Source: a virus | Taxonomy: Duplodnaviria > Caudoviricetes | Strand: one strand, 5' to 3' | Length of the DNA stretch: 60,427 bases | IMG/VR virus record: IMGVR_UViG_3300031403_000011 | Coordinates: 1 to 60,427 of that record | Part shown: in pieces, positions 28,254-37,210 of the stretch | Position numbering within the stretch: the first letter of the stretch is position 1 | Layout of the letters: every line of letters starts with the position of its first letter | Translations under genes and position numbers: made by a program | Notes under the pieces: generated by a model | What the model saw: the letters and a program-made list of their open reading frames with translations, nothing else | What the model was told of the DNA's origin: nothing | Databases searched by the model: none

Positions 28254-30509
28254 TTAGAATCCCTTTACAATATTATTGTATGTACCTATATCTGGATCAT
28301 ATATCATTTTTAATGTAGTACATATTCACATAGCTCTATTCTTAGTGATAATGAGATCTGTTTCAGATGAATCTGACATCTTATCTCTATGTATATGCAT
28401 AACAGCATTTGCTACTTGGCCTATACTATTAGAATCTTTAAATGATTCATCATTAGGGCGAGCACCAGATAGTTTTTTATAATGAGCAACGAGAATAATA
28501 TCTACACAATATTTTCTAGCTATACCATTTATTTCTTGCATCACTTCTTCTATTGCTAGATCATGCCTATCTGCAGATCATTTTATTTTAAAATAATGCA
28601 GATGGTCTATAATAATAAGTCTTGCTCATCTCTTTACAAAATTCTCTACAAGAACTTCTACTTCGGATATAGGCATAGTATGAGATGTATTATTAACAAC
28701 ATCTAATATATTCTTATTCCTAGCTTTGAGATTTTCTACAGCTTTGTCTACATACATTTTGAAGTCTTTGTCTTTGCATTGAGAACTCATGAAAAGATGT
28801 TTCGGATAATTTTCTAATCAAATAATTCTTCTTACTCTTCAAACTTCATAATATATTTCTTCTTTTCGTTTATCTTCTTGCCTATCTTCCATAGTGAATC
28901 TTCAAACTTTATATCATTGCCTAGATACAGCATCTGCAATTTTATTACAGAATGTAGATTTTCATACTCATGTAGCAGCTCATAAAAGATATACTCATCC
29001 TCACATCATATATCAAAGGATCTGATTGAGTAATGGAAATCCCCAACTAATAGGATCTTTATCAGACATAAGTTCTTGTAATCACTTTTCTAATAAGCGA
29101 TCGTAATCTTTTATTTCATAATCTTTTCGGATTTTACTTTCTATTAATTGTTTTTGTTCTTCTATAGCTCATATTAATTGTTGGCCTAGACCAAATCATA
29201 CAAGCATATCATTGAGGTCTTTTACATCATCTCAGTATTCTGAGAGATCTAACCAGTAATAATCTACATCAGCAAATTTATCAAGCATCTTTATACCTGC
29301 TTCATCATTATCAGATATAAGAGTAATCATATATCATTTAGCCATCATATCTTTTACAATCTCTATTCCATCATTACAGGATTTTAATCCTACAACATTG
29401 GTGTAATATTGTCGCAGCGAGAGCCAATCAAATAATCATTCAACTACATAGATATGTTTTATCTTAGGATTGATTCAATGCATAAAGACTCACTTAGACT
29501 TTGTGCCTTTCATGATTCTGAATTGTCTGGAGTGAATATCTCTACTCTGAATTGTAAGCATTCCGAATTCTTCTCATACCCATCATTGGATTGGAGCTCA
29601 TATTCTTCATTCCATATTTCTTACTATTCCAGTAATTTTAGAATAATCTATTCATCTATTTTCCATATAGATAATTTGATCTTGAGTACATCATTGAAGT
29701 GAATCCCACTTATCAGATATAGTTTTCATATCATAAGTTAAAACCATATCTTCTGGAACTACCATATCAGTAGGAGCTACTTCTACTTTTTTATCATCTT
29801 GTAGCATAGGCCATTTAGATTTGAACCATTCAACTGTTTCTTGTTCTGAGTATCAGAATAACTTCTGGATAAAATCATATGGATTTCAAGTAGCTCTATT
29901 GTGAGAGAAATCAGAAACTATATTATCTTCAAGACTTGCTTTCCATCCAGATGAAAGTTCTGAATTACTTTTAGTATAGAGGTCCAGATGAATTGTCCGG
30001 TCCTCATATTTTATACCGGCAGCAGTAAGAACTTCTTTGAAAGATATATCTTTTATAGATTCAATAAGTAGATTCATAGATTTTATTTTAGAAAGTAATT
30101 GTTCAAAGCTTAGTTTTTCTGGAGAGAATTTCCAAGTAGGTTTATTGCAGTATCATATTTCCAAGTATTCTTTAGAGTCGTAGGGAGATATAAAGAAGTA
30201 TCATTCTGGGTCTTCTTGAATAAAATACACTCATTTCTTTTTGGCATGTTGGTATTGATTCTTTTTCCATTCAACAAACTTGAGAGGTATTTGTGAGTAT
30301 TTGTACTCAATTCTAAATCATTCAATAGTGAAGTCCCATACATATTGTGAGGTTGTTCAGAATGTATCACTCACATTATCATTGAGTATCTGAACTTTAC
30401 CCTCACACTTATTTTTAAAAGCTTCCTCATGTATTTTTCATTGATCATAGTCTTTATTAACTTGAGCTGTTGTTCGGTTATCTTTGGCATAATTAGAGAG
30501 ATTAGTCAT
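28254..30509 (-). CDS. PD-(D/E)XK nuclease-like domain + TOPRIM primase + DnaB/SF4 helicase (751 aa; possible internal start at 30077)
   Basis: WDF...IEYK; TOPRIM YVVEG*LFD, SDNDEAG, KDLND; helicase G*AATG*VG*KST, IIIDHLH, VAHYKK, DSNSIGQVAN; no TAA/TAG between 30509 and 30077. Confidence 0.88.
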
Positions 30510-30990
30510 ACTTCCCAGAAGTAAATGTATTAAAAGTTCACATAAAAGATTTTATAGGTCTTTCGTTTCTTACAGCATAATCAAACATTTTTTCTAGCCT
30601 ATCTAATATAATTCATATTCATTCTAGCTTAGGTTCATTACCAGTATTCATTCACTTGAGAATCTTATTTCGTTCATATAAAAGATATTCATTACTTGAA
30701 TCCAGTCATAAACATTCTCATCTGAGAGAGAAAGTAAATCCTGTAGTTTCTTCCCAGTCTTTTATTTCATCTGGAAGCCAAAGATGTTCTGGCATATATG
30801 ATGTTACATGCAGCTCAGTAGGTATTGATTCTCTGACTCACTCAAGAGATTCCAAAGATTTTTTTATAATCTTTTTTTCAAGAGCATCTACTGATCAAAT
30901 AATTTTATCAAAGTCATGAAACGATTCTTCATAAGATTCTATAAGAGACTTAAGATTTCTTTGCTTCGTGTGCAGCTTGTAGTGATTCAT
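30502..30990 (-). CDS. Hypothetical protein (162 aa)
   Basis: Code 25 ORF MNHYKLHTKQ... Confidence 0.6.
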
Positions 30991-31156
30991 TTTTTCTTGG
31001 TTGTAAAATAATATTAAGAGTTTTCTCGGTTGTTGTAAGAGGAAGTCACTTAAGTTCGCATAATCTAAAATGCATTTGTTTTTCTTTACTCAAAGTATTC
31101 CAAATAGATTTAGGAATAACTTTAGTATTGGATCATTCAAGTTGAGATAGTTTCAT
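30950..31156 (-). CDS. Small hypothetical protein (68 aa)
   Basis: Code 25 ORF MKLSQLEG*SN... directly after a promoter. Confidence 0.45.
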
Positions 31157-31185
31157 AGATCTAATAAAAAAATAATAGTAGACTC

Positions 31186-31213
31186 ATACTAATATTTTAT
31201 TAGAAAGTGTCAA
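31186..31213 (-). promoter_or_regulatory. sigma70-like promoter TTGACA-N16-TAGTAT for the replication genes
   Basis: Perfect -35 box upstream of the 31156 ATG. Confidence 0.5.
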
Positions 31214-31329
31214 AACTATTATAGTTATAGATGTTTTATTAGGTAGACTATATTATTATTTATATTATATTATATATCTAACTAAGTCTAACTAGGGAAG
31301 AAATGTTATGACAGGTGTTAGGAGAAGAG

Positions 31330-31610
31330 TGCAAAGCTCCCCCTACCCCCTCATAGATTTGAGGTAGTTTAACTTCGCTTACTAGGCTGCATTATGCAGC
31401 TCTCATATTGAGTAAGGTACTAGGGTAGTTTCTAGGTCATTATCCTATAGCCTCTCCATGCTAGACTTGTTATGACAGTATGCTGATCGTGTCGGCAATA
31501 ACAAGCTCCCCTAAGATTATTTATACTGATTTACTTAGATATTGATCTACGAGCTAGTTATAACCTCGTAGTGTACCCCAGTTTATACTCTGGTATCAGT
31601 TCTTGATTAA
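31330..31610. ncRNA. Candidate structured non-coding RNA or DNA element
   Basis: GC-enriched stretch with no obvious gene and tandem hairpins (gctgc-attat-gcagc; cttgttat...ataacaag; ctacgag...ctcgtag). Confidence 0.4.
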
Positions 31611-31611
31611 C

Positions 31612-31644
31612 AAGAAAAAGCATACCTATAAAATAGATATGCTT
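31612..31644 (-). terminator. Intrinsic terminator of the tRNA transcript
   Basis: AAGCATATCTAT-TTT-ATAGGTATGCTT followed by TTTCTT. Confidence 0.6.
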
Positions 31645-31710
31645 CATTGCTACTAATCAAAATTTATTTCAGATATATTTTTCATTTATAAAGTTGTTTG
31701 TTTAAAAATA

Positions 31711-31792
31711 TGGAGAGCCCCGATAGGGATTGCACCTATCTACTAAGATTCTTTTCCCCCTTGTATTCTTACATCTACAAGGTCTAGTGCTC
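31711..31792 (-). ncRNA. tRNA-like RNA with acceptor stem, T-arm and U-CCA end but no canonical D or anticodon arm
   Basis: GAGCACT...GATAGG-TGCAATC-CCTATC-GGGGCTC-T-CCA, 3 nt downstream of tRNA-Met. Confidence 0.55.
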
Positions 31793-31795
31793 AAA

Positions 31796-31870
31796 TGGTT
31801 ACGGAAGCAGGATTTGAACCTACATGTTTCTGCGTATGAAGCAGATGAGTTACCAATACTCTATTCCGTA
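31796..31870 (-). tRNA. tRNA with CAT anticodon (Met; Ile2 not excluded)
   Basis: TACGGAA/TTCCGTA acceptor stem, TCTGC-TTCATAC-GCAGA anticodon arm, GGTTCAAATCC, ACCA end. Confidence 0.88.
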
Positions 31871-31871
31871 A

Positions 31872-31949
31872 TGGTCAAGGTAGGAGGATTTGAACCTCCG
31901 ACTCCTCAGTTCCAAACCGAGTGCTCTGGCCAGACTGAGCTATACCTAG
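31872..31949 (-). tRNA. tRNA-Pro(TGG)
   Basis: TAGCTCAGTCTGG D-arm, CTCGG-TTTGGAA-CTGAG anticodon arm, GGTTCAAATCC, ACCA end. Confidence 0.92.
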
Positions 31950-32040
31950 AAATAAAAAACCTCTCAGATAAGGACTGAGAGGGAAAAACTTTTTGATTCC
32001 GAACTACCTGCGTCCTTATCACAAGTTATTTATTGATTTG

Positions 32041-32068
32041 AATATATTTATTATTTTAGATCCGTCAA
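32041..32068 (-). promoter_or_regulatory. sigma70-like promoter TTGACG-N16-TATATT for the tRNA cluster
   Basis: Divergent from a plus-strand TTGCAA-N16-TAATAT at 32085-32112. Confidence 0.55.
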
Positions 32069-32145
32069 ATTTAAAATTCAAAATTTGCAATTATTCCTTT
32101 GAAAAGTAATATAGTTATGCAGTTTTTATAAATAAATTTTTACAT

Positions 32146-32538
32146 ATGGTATTCTTTTCAGATAAAGAATTCACTAATGAAGTTGAATCTTTCATTGAGT
32201 GAATGGCAGATATTGGTCCAGATATGGAACAAGATCTCAAAGAGCATAAAGATTTTGTTCTTCTTACTCTTCATAGAATTGATCTGATGACAGATGATTC
32301 TAATCAAGAAGATGTACATAAATGTTTACGAGATGTTCTTCATGAATGAAAAACAGAATATTCTAATCCTAAGAATCTTAGGCTTGAATTTGCTATGATG
32401 GATTTCATTGATTGGTTTAAAGAGATGAAAAGTACTCAAGAAGTTCTTACTTGAGAAGACGAAGATCATTGAGGTGCTGATGTAGAGCACGAAGAAAAAG
32501 ATGGAGAAATGGTACAGGTGTACGCAGTTGAATTATAA
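32146..32538 (+). CDS. Acidic hypothetical protein (130 aa)
   Basis: Code 25 ORF MVFFSDKEF...YAVEL. Confidence 0.7.
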
Positions 32539-32554
32539 TTTTTAAATATACATT

Positions 32555-32794
32555 ATGAATAAATTAGATTATTACATACTTCTATGAATTATACTTGTTT
32601 TATGAATAGGATTCATAGCAGGATCATTCTTTTCTCCAGAAGAACATAGATTAGCATTATTTGGTTTTGGTGCATGATTCATTGCAATCTTTACATCATT
32701 TGCTACTAAGAGACTTGGGCTTGATCCAGAAGAAGTTTCTGTAACTAAGAAAATAGTTATGTCAGATCAAGTTGATATGGAGGAAATGAGATAA
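32555..32794 (+). CDS. Putative holin (79 aa, 2 TM)
   Basis: Two hydrophobic helices and a charged C-tail, directly upstream of the endolysin. Confidence 0.6.
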
Positions 32795-32813
32795 TATTTT
32801 TTAAATTTAAAGT

Positions 32814-33431
32814 ATGAAATTTACAGATGATGTTTGAACATCAAAGAAATCCAGATGAGTAAACTCAAAAACTTTTATAATGCTGCATCATACAGGATGA
32901 GGTTCTTATAAATGAATGCTTTCTTATTTATCTCAGCATCCTAAACAGGTATCTTGTCATTGAGTTATTGGTCCTAATGGAGAGACTGGAAGAATAGGAA
33001 CTGAGGATTATATTCTTTGGCATGCAGGATTATGAGATATGATCAAATGATATTTGAATAATATCAATGCTCATTCAATTTGACTTGAGGTTGTTTCTGA
33101 TGGAAAGAATTTTACACGAGCTGCGTGTGATTCTACGAGAGAATGGGTAATACATCTTATGAAGAAATATAATATTCCAAAAGAAAATGTAATTCGTCAT
33201 AGAGATTACTCTACAAGAAAATGGGATATAGGAGATAACTTTTTTAAAGTATCTGGATATGGATCATTTGAAACTTGGAAAGATTCACTTATATGAGAGA
33301 ATGCTGATATTCTAAATCAGAAACTCAAAGAAAGTGAATGACTTGTAAAACAATATAAGAGAGAGAATTGAATCTTAAGACGAAGATCATCAGAAGCTAC
33401 AGATGCTTTGAATCCTAATTGAGTTACATAG
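32814..33431 (+). CDS. Endolysin, N-acetylmuramoyl-L-alanine amidase (Amidase_2, 205 aa)
   Basis: IMLHHTG, WHAG, SIG*LEV, VIRHRD...RKWDIG zinc-amidase motifs. Confidence 0.9.
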
Positions 33432-33506
33432 CCCAGATTAATTTCTGGTATTTTTCTCCGTAAGCAGAATAACCTGTGAGTGGAGGCCAACTAGGAGGTT
33501 ATAAAA

Positions 33507-33641
33507 ATGATTAAGAAGTTTATCGGTTTCGTTTTCTGCAGAGGTCAGAAATACAAAGAGAGCGACCAACTGGAGATGGATCTTGATATCCCTCCATATC
33601 CATTCAAGAAAGGAGGTGATCTTAATCTCCCTAGCTCGTAG
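33507..33641 (+). CDS. 44-aa peptide with a strong Shine-Dalgarno site
   Basis: AGGAGGT at 33493-33499; MIKKFIGFVFCRGQKYKESDQLEMDLDIPPYPFKKGGDLNLPSS. Confidence 0.5.
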   Translation: MIKKFIGFVFCRGQKYKESDQLEMDLDIPPYPFKKGGDLNLPSS

Positions 33642-33670
33642 AAGCTAGTGGTATAATCCCTGTTTTAACT

Positions 33671-33697
33671 GAGAGAGTTTCGGCTCTCTCTTTTTTT
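33671..33697 (+). terminator. Intrinsic terminator
   Basis: GAGAGAG-TTTCGG-CTCTCTC followed by T7. Confidence 0.85.
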
Positions 33698-33699
33698 AT

Positions 33700-33727
33700 T
33701 TGTATTTACTTCACTTATAGTTATAGT
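33700..33727 (+). promoter_or_regulatory. sigma70-like promoter TTGTAT-N16-TATAGT
   Basis: Directly after a terminator, upstream of the 33774 ATG. Confidence 0.5.
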
Positions 33728-33773
33728 GGTTTCAAGGCTAACACCTTAATTTTATTTGTATAAATATACAATT

Positions 33774-34073
33774 ATGCCAACAGATGTTTTAGAAATGATT
33801 GTTCCTCTTACAGAGGATGAAGTAAAAAGAGCAGCACATCTTAATAGAGATGATAGCGATGCTGAAAGCTCTAGTGAATCTACTGAAAGAGTTTCTCTTA
33901 CATTTAAAGCTCAAGCAAATATGTTTAGAGCTAGACGAGATGCTATGATAGCATTTCTGAAAGATGATATTGAAGATACTGATGAGGAAAGAGCTATGTT
34001 CAAAAAGAGAAGAGACAACTATGAAGAGTTGGCTACTTCTAACTGGGGAGCAGTTCTTGATATGCATAAATAA
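33774..34073 (+). CDS. Hypothetical protein (99 aa)
   Basis: ORF track 33756-34073; probable ATG at 33774; has its own promoter and terminator. Confidence 0.7.
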   Translation: MPTDVLEMIVPLTEDEVKRAAHLNRDDSDAESSSESTERVSLTFKAQANMFRARRDAMIAFLKDDIEDTDEERAMFKKRRDNYEELATSNWGAVLDMHK

Positions 34074-34082
34074 TATTATGCT

Positions 34083-34114
34083 AAAAAGACTAAGAATATA
34101 TCTTAGTCTTTTTT
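34083..34114 (+). terminator. Intrinsic terminator
   Basis: AAAAAGACTAAGA-ATATA-TCTTAGTCTTTTTT. Confidence 0.8.
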
Positions 34115-34116
34115 AT

Positions 34117-34144
34117 TTGCATTGTTATTCAATACCTATATAGT
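34117..34144 (+). promoter_or_regulatory. sigma70-like promoter TTGCAT-N16-TATAGT
   Basis: Upstream of HU; shares 26 nt with 56371-56396 on the minus strand. Confidence 0.6.
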
Positions 34145-34173
34145 AACTGTACTCTTATATAGTAATAAAGAAA

Positions 34174-34452
34174 ATGAATAGAAAAATGATGATAGCTAAA
34201 CTTGCTAGGAAATTAGAGATTTCTAAAGTTAAGGCTGCAGTAATCTATGATACTTTTGTTGAAACAATAAAAGAGACACTTATGGATGGTACAGTTATTG
34301 ATTTTAGATCTTTAATGAAACTAGAAGTAGTTGAGCAGCAACCGAGGAATCTGTTGCACCCAATTAATAAGACTCCAATGCAGACACAACCTTTTAAGGT
34401 GCTGCGTATTAGAACGAGTCAGATCTTTAGGAAAGAGTTAAACTCTAAATAA
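34174..34452 (+). CDS. HU/IHF-family DNA-binding protein (92 aa)
   Basis: MNRK..IAKLA...ISK...I..TL..G..I.F...L.V....PR...HP...; typical DNABII size and pattern. Confidence 0.85.
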   Translation: MNRKMMIAKLARKLEISKVKAAVIYDTFVETIKETLMDGTVIDFRSLMKLEVVEQQPRNLLHPINKTPMQTQPFKVLRIRTSQIFRKELNSK

Positions 34453-34477
34453 TTTATTTTTATAATCATATAATATT

Positions 34478-34876
34478 ATGATGAATTCGGATTTTTACCA
34501 AGGTATGAATAGACAAGTAGAATCTCTTGAGGCAGCTCTTGGAGATGAGGGAATTAAATGGATGACTGAAAAGATTGCAGAATTTCTGAATCTTCCTGCA
34601 TCTTATACAGCAGAAGTTGCTGTGAAATGAGATGATGGTAATCTTAAAATTGAGAATGGAGATGTTGTAACAGAGGAAAAAAGTTTTCCTATGGATTATC
34701 AATATGCTAATAACAAGCTTCTTGAGGCAGGTTATATGGCAGTTCCAGATATGAAAGATACAAAGAAATGAGCAGAGCTCACTATTGAATTTTTCAAACA
34801 AGAACTTAAAAGATCTTGTGTCATCAAGTCTACTTGGGATATCAAGCTAGAAGAAGTATCTGAAAAGAAAGCATAA
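34478..34876 (+). CDS. Hypothetical protein (132 aa)
   Basis: Code 25 ORF followed by a hairpin plus T tract at ~34903-34933. Confidence 0.7.
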
Positions 34877-34953
34877 CAACTTACATCTTTTACTTACAAG
34901 CACAACCTCTAACACTTTGTGCTAGGGGTTTTTAATTACAAATATTTATAATC

Positions 34954-35421
34954 ATGAGCACTAAAGATCCTGTTATATATTGAGATAGCATTGCAAGCAA
35001 GATGGCATGAGTTAAAGATCTAATAAATAAATCTGATAACGAAGACTTGAATGAAATTGCTCATGCTGTTATTGATGAAGTTGATACGAGTCATCAAAAG
35101 ATTCCTTTGGTCGTGGACTGTACAGTATTTAATAAGAAAAAGAATAGAGCTATAAAGACTATGCCTTTTCCTATATGAGTAAAGAACATTGATTTTGGGA
35201 GAGTCACAAAAGAAATGATCTATGATGTTAAGTCTCAAGCAGAGCATGCATTTGTAATAAGTATTATTCTTTCTGGAGCTGTATGAGATATTACAAGTCA
35301 AGAAAGACAAAATTTTATCAGCAGCATTATCACAGATAAAGAAACTAAGATACTCAAAGATTTTCATAAATCATATAGAGTAATGATGATCTGGGATAAA
35401 CCTTATATTTTAAAAAAATAA
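34954..35421 (+). CDS. Hypothetical protein (155 aa)
   Basis: Code 25 ORF MSTKDPVIYG*... Confidence 0.65.
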
Positions 35422-35423
35422 TT

Positions 35424-36002
35424 ATGGACACTAATATTGTTACACTAGAGAGAGAGACTTACGATAGACTTATAGGTCTTCAAAAGGATCTAATAAAAGA
35501 TTGATTCCATAGAACTACAGCATATATCATGTGAATTGATTTTGCAGATAGTGGATTATGTTCTATGCAGAAAAGATCTGATACAGTCTACATAAAAAAT
35601 GTAGAATGAGTTTCACAATACTTTGATAAACTTTCAAAAGAGTTTGCTGTTACAGCAACTAAGATTGAGAAAGACATTCAGAAACAATCTGATAAACTTT
35701 ATAAAGATGCTCTCAAAGATAAAGAGCGAATCAAGGAACTTGAGAAAAGTTCTAAGGCTCGTATTGATGCTAAGGAGAAATCTTCTTTATTAGAAGTTGA
35801 TATAAGTGAGAAAAATTTCTCAAAGAGAATGAAAGAAAAAGAAAAATCTTTTGCAGATTTATTAGATCCAATAAGTAAAAATATATCTGGAGATCCTTGT
35901 GAATTTTATATTGGTCATACTATTAAAACTATTGCAGAAGAGAATGCTAGATTCAAATCTATGAGCCTATGGCAGAGAATCAAATATATATTTAAAAAAT
36001 AA
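35424..36002 (+). CDS. Hypothetical coiled-coil protein (192 aa)
   Basis: Code 25 ORF ending SLWQRIKYIFKK. Confidence 0.65.
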
Positions 36003-36004
36003 TT

Positions 36005-36247
36005 ATGCAGGAATTAGTATCTCAAATAGTTGAAGAATTTATAAGTGAAAATCCAGATAAGGTTTTTAATTCTTATGATATCTCACAACTTAAATCATGA
36101 ATATTTTACTCATTAGAGGAATATGCAGATCTTTATGTGAGTACATATAAATGTCCTGTATGTAATAATGAAATGAATAAAAGCAAAGGCTCTACAATTG
36201 AATGCGAATGCTGATGTCTTATAGATAGAAATAACCCTTTAACATAA
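36005..36247 (+). CDS. Zn-ribbon protein (80 aa)
   Basis: CPVC...CECG*. Confidence 0.6.
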
Positions 36248-36251
36248 AATT

Positions 36252-36416
36252 ATGAGAGAAAAAACTACAGGAGAAGAATTCTATAGTTTCTTCCATACCA
36301 TATGAGTGCTCATACTATTCTGATTATGAATATACAGATTAGGTATATGAGACTGGCTTGGCTTTGTTATATGTATGTGAGCATGCTATATACTTATTAA
36401 TCATATTAAAGAATAA
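36252..36416 (+). CDS. Small membrane protein (54 aa)
   Basis: Hydrophobic, Gly(TGA)-rich ORF. Confidence 0.5.
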
Positions 36417-36616
36417 TGGAACTTACAGTATTCTACGATGCAGATACATGATACTGATATCATATGGGTAATACTCTATGACAGGGCCATGACAATGCAA
36501 TACTCATAGATTGATGCTCTAGAACTTATAAAGATATAAGTTACATAGACAGCGATATACAAGAGCTGAGAGAGCATGCAGTATCAGAGATCAGAAAGAT
36601 ATTGAATAGACCATAA
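36416..36616 (+). CDS. Small hypothetical protein (66 aa)
   Basis: TAATG-coupled code 25 ORF followed by a hairpin plus T tract at ~36658-36690. Confidence 0.5.
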
Positions 36617-36779
36617 GATTCAAAGAATTATTATATACAAATACATTTGATCATAATAGGCTATCCACAAAAGGTGGAGGCCTTTTTTATTATATACTTC
36701 AAAAAATTTTAAAAGTCACAAATTTTATAATAATTATATATATAGTAATTGTACCCCTACTGTTTGACTGGGGGGAGGA

Positions 36780-37210
36780 GTACATCTTACTACTACTACT
36801 TCTGGTCCATCTACTACCCCTGCTGCTGCTGCTGCTACTTCTTCGTCATCTATTATTTTATATTTGTTTGTTTTTTATATATTTTATTTGTTTTTATTTT
36901 TTTTTATTTGGTGGTGGTGGGGAGGTGGTGGTTTGTTTTGTTTGTTTGTGTGTGGGGTATTGGGGGTTTGGGGTTTTCTTAATATCGTATATCTAGGTTG
37001 TTGTTTGTTGTTTGTTGTTTGTGTTTTGTTTGTTGTTGTTTGTTTGTTTGTTTGTTTGTTTGTGGGTTAGTGTCTTGTTGTTGTTGTTGTTTGTTGTTTT
37101 GGTGTTGTCTGTTTAGGGGTGTGGGGTCAGTGTGTTTTTGGTGTTTGTTGTTGTTGTTGTTTTGGTTGTGGGGTCAATATAATATGGGATATTATATTGT
37201 TGGGGGGTTT
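36780..37210. repeat. Low-complexity strand-skewed tract: (TAC)n/(TGC)n, then T-rich, then (GTT)n/(GTTT)n
   Basis: Plus strand is C-rich and G-poor to ~36850, then almost only G and T. Confidence 0.9.

Noticed and set aside
31796-31870. Possible suppressor tRNA with a TCA anticodon (loop TTCATAC)
   Set aside because: The 5-bp stem centres the 7-nt loop on CAT; TCA is off-register
31730-31978. 82-aa plus-strand ORF
   Set aside because: Antisense to the tRNA genes
33607-33621. rRNA gene fragment
   Set aside because: Only 15 nt match the 16S tail; the flanks do not resemble rRNA
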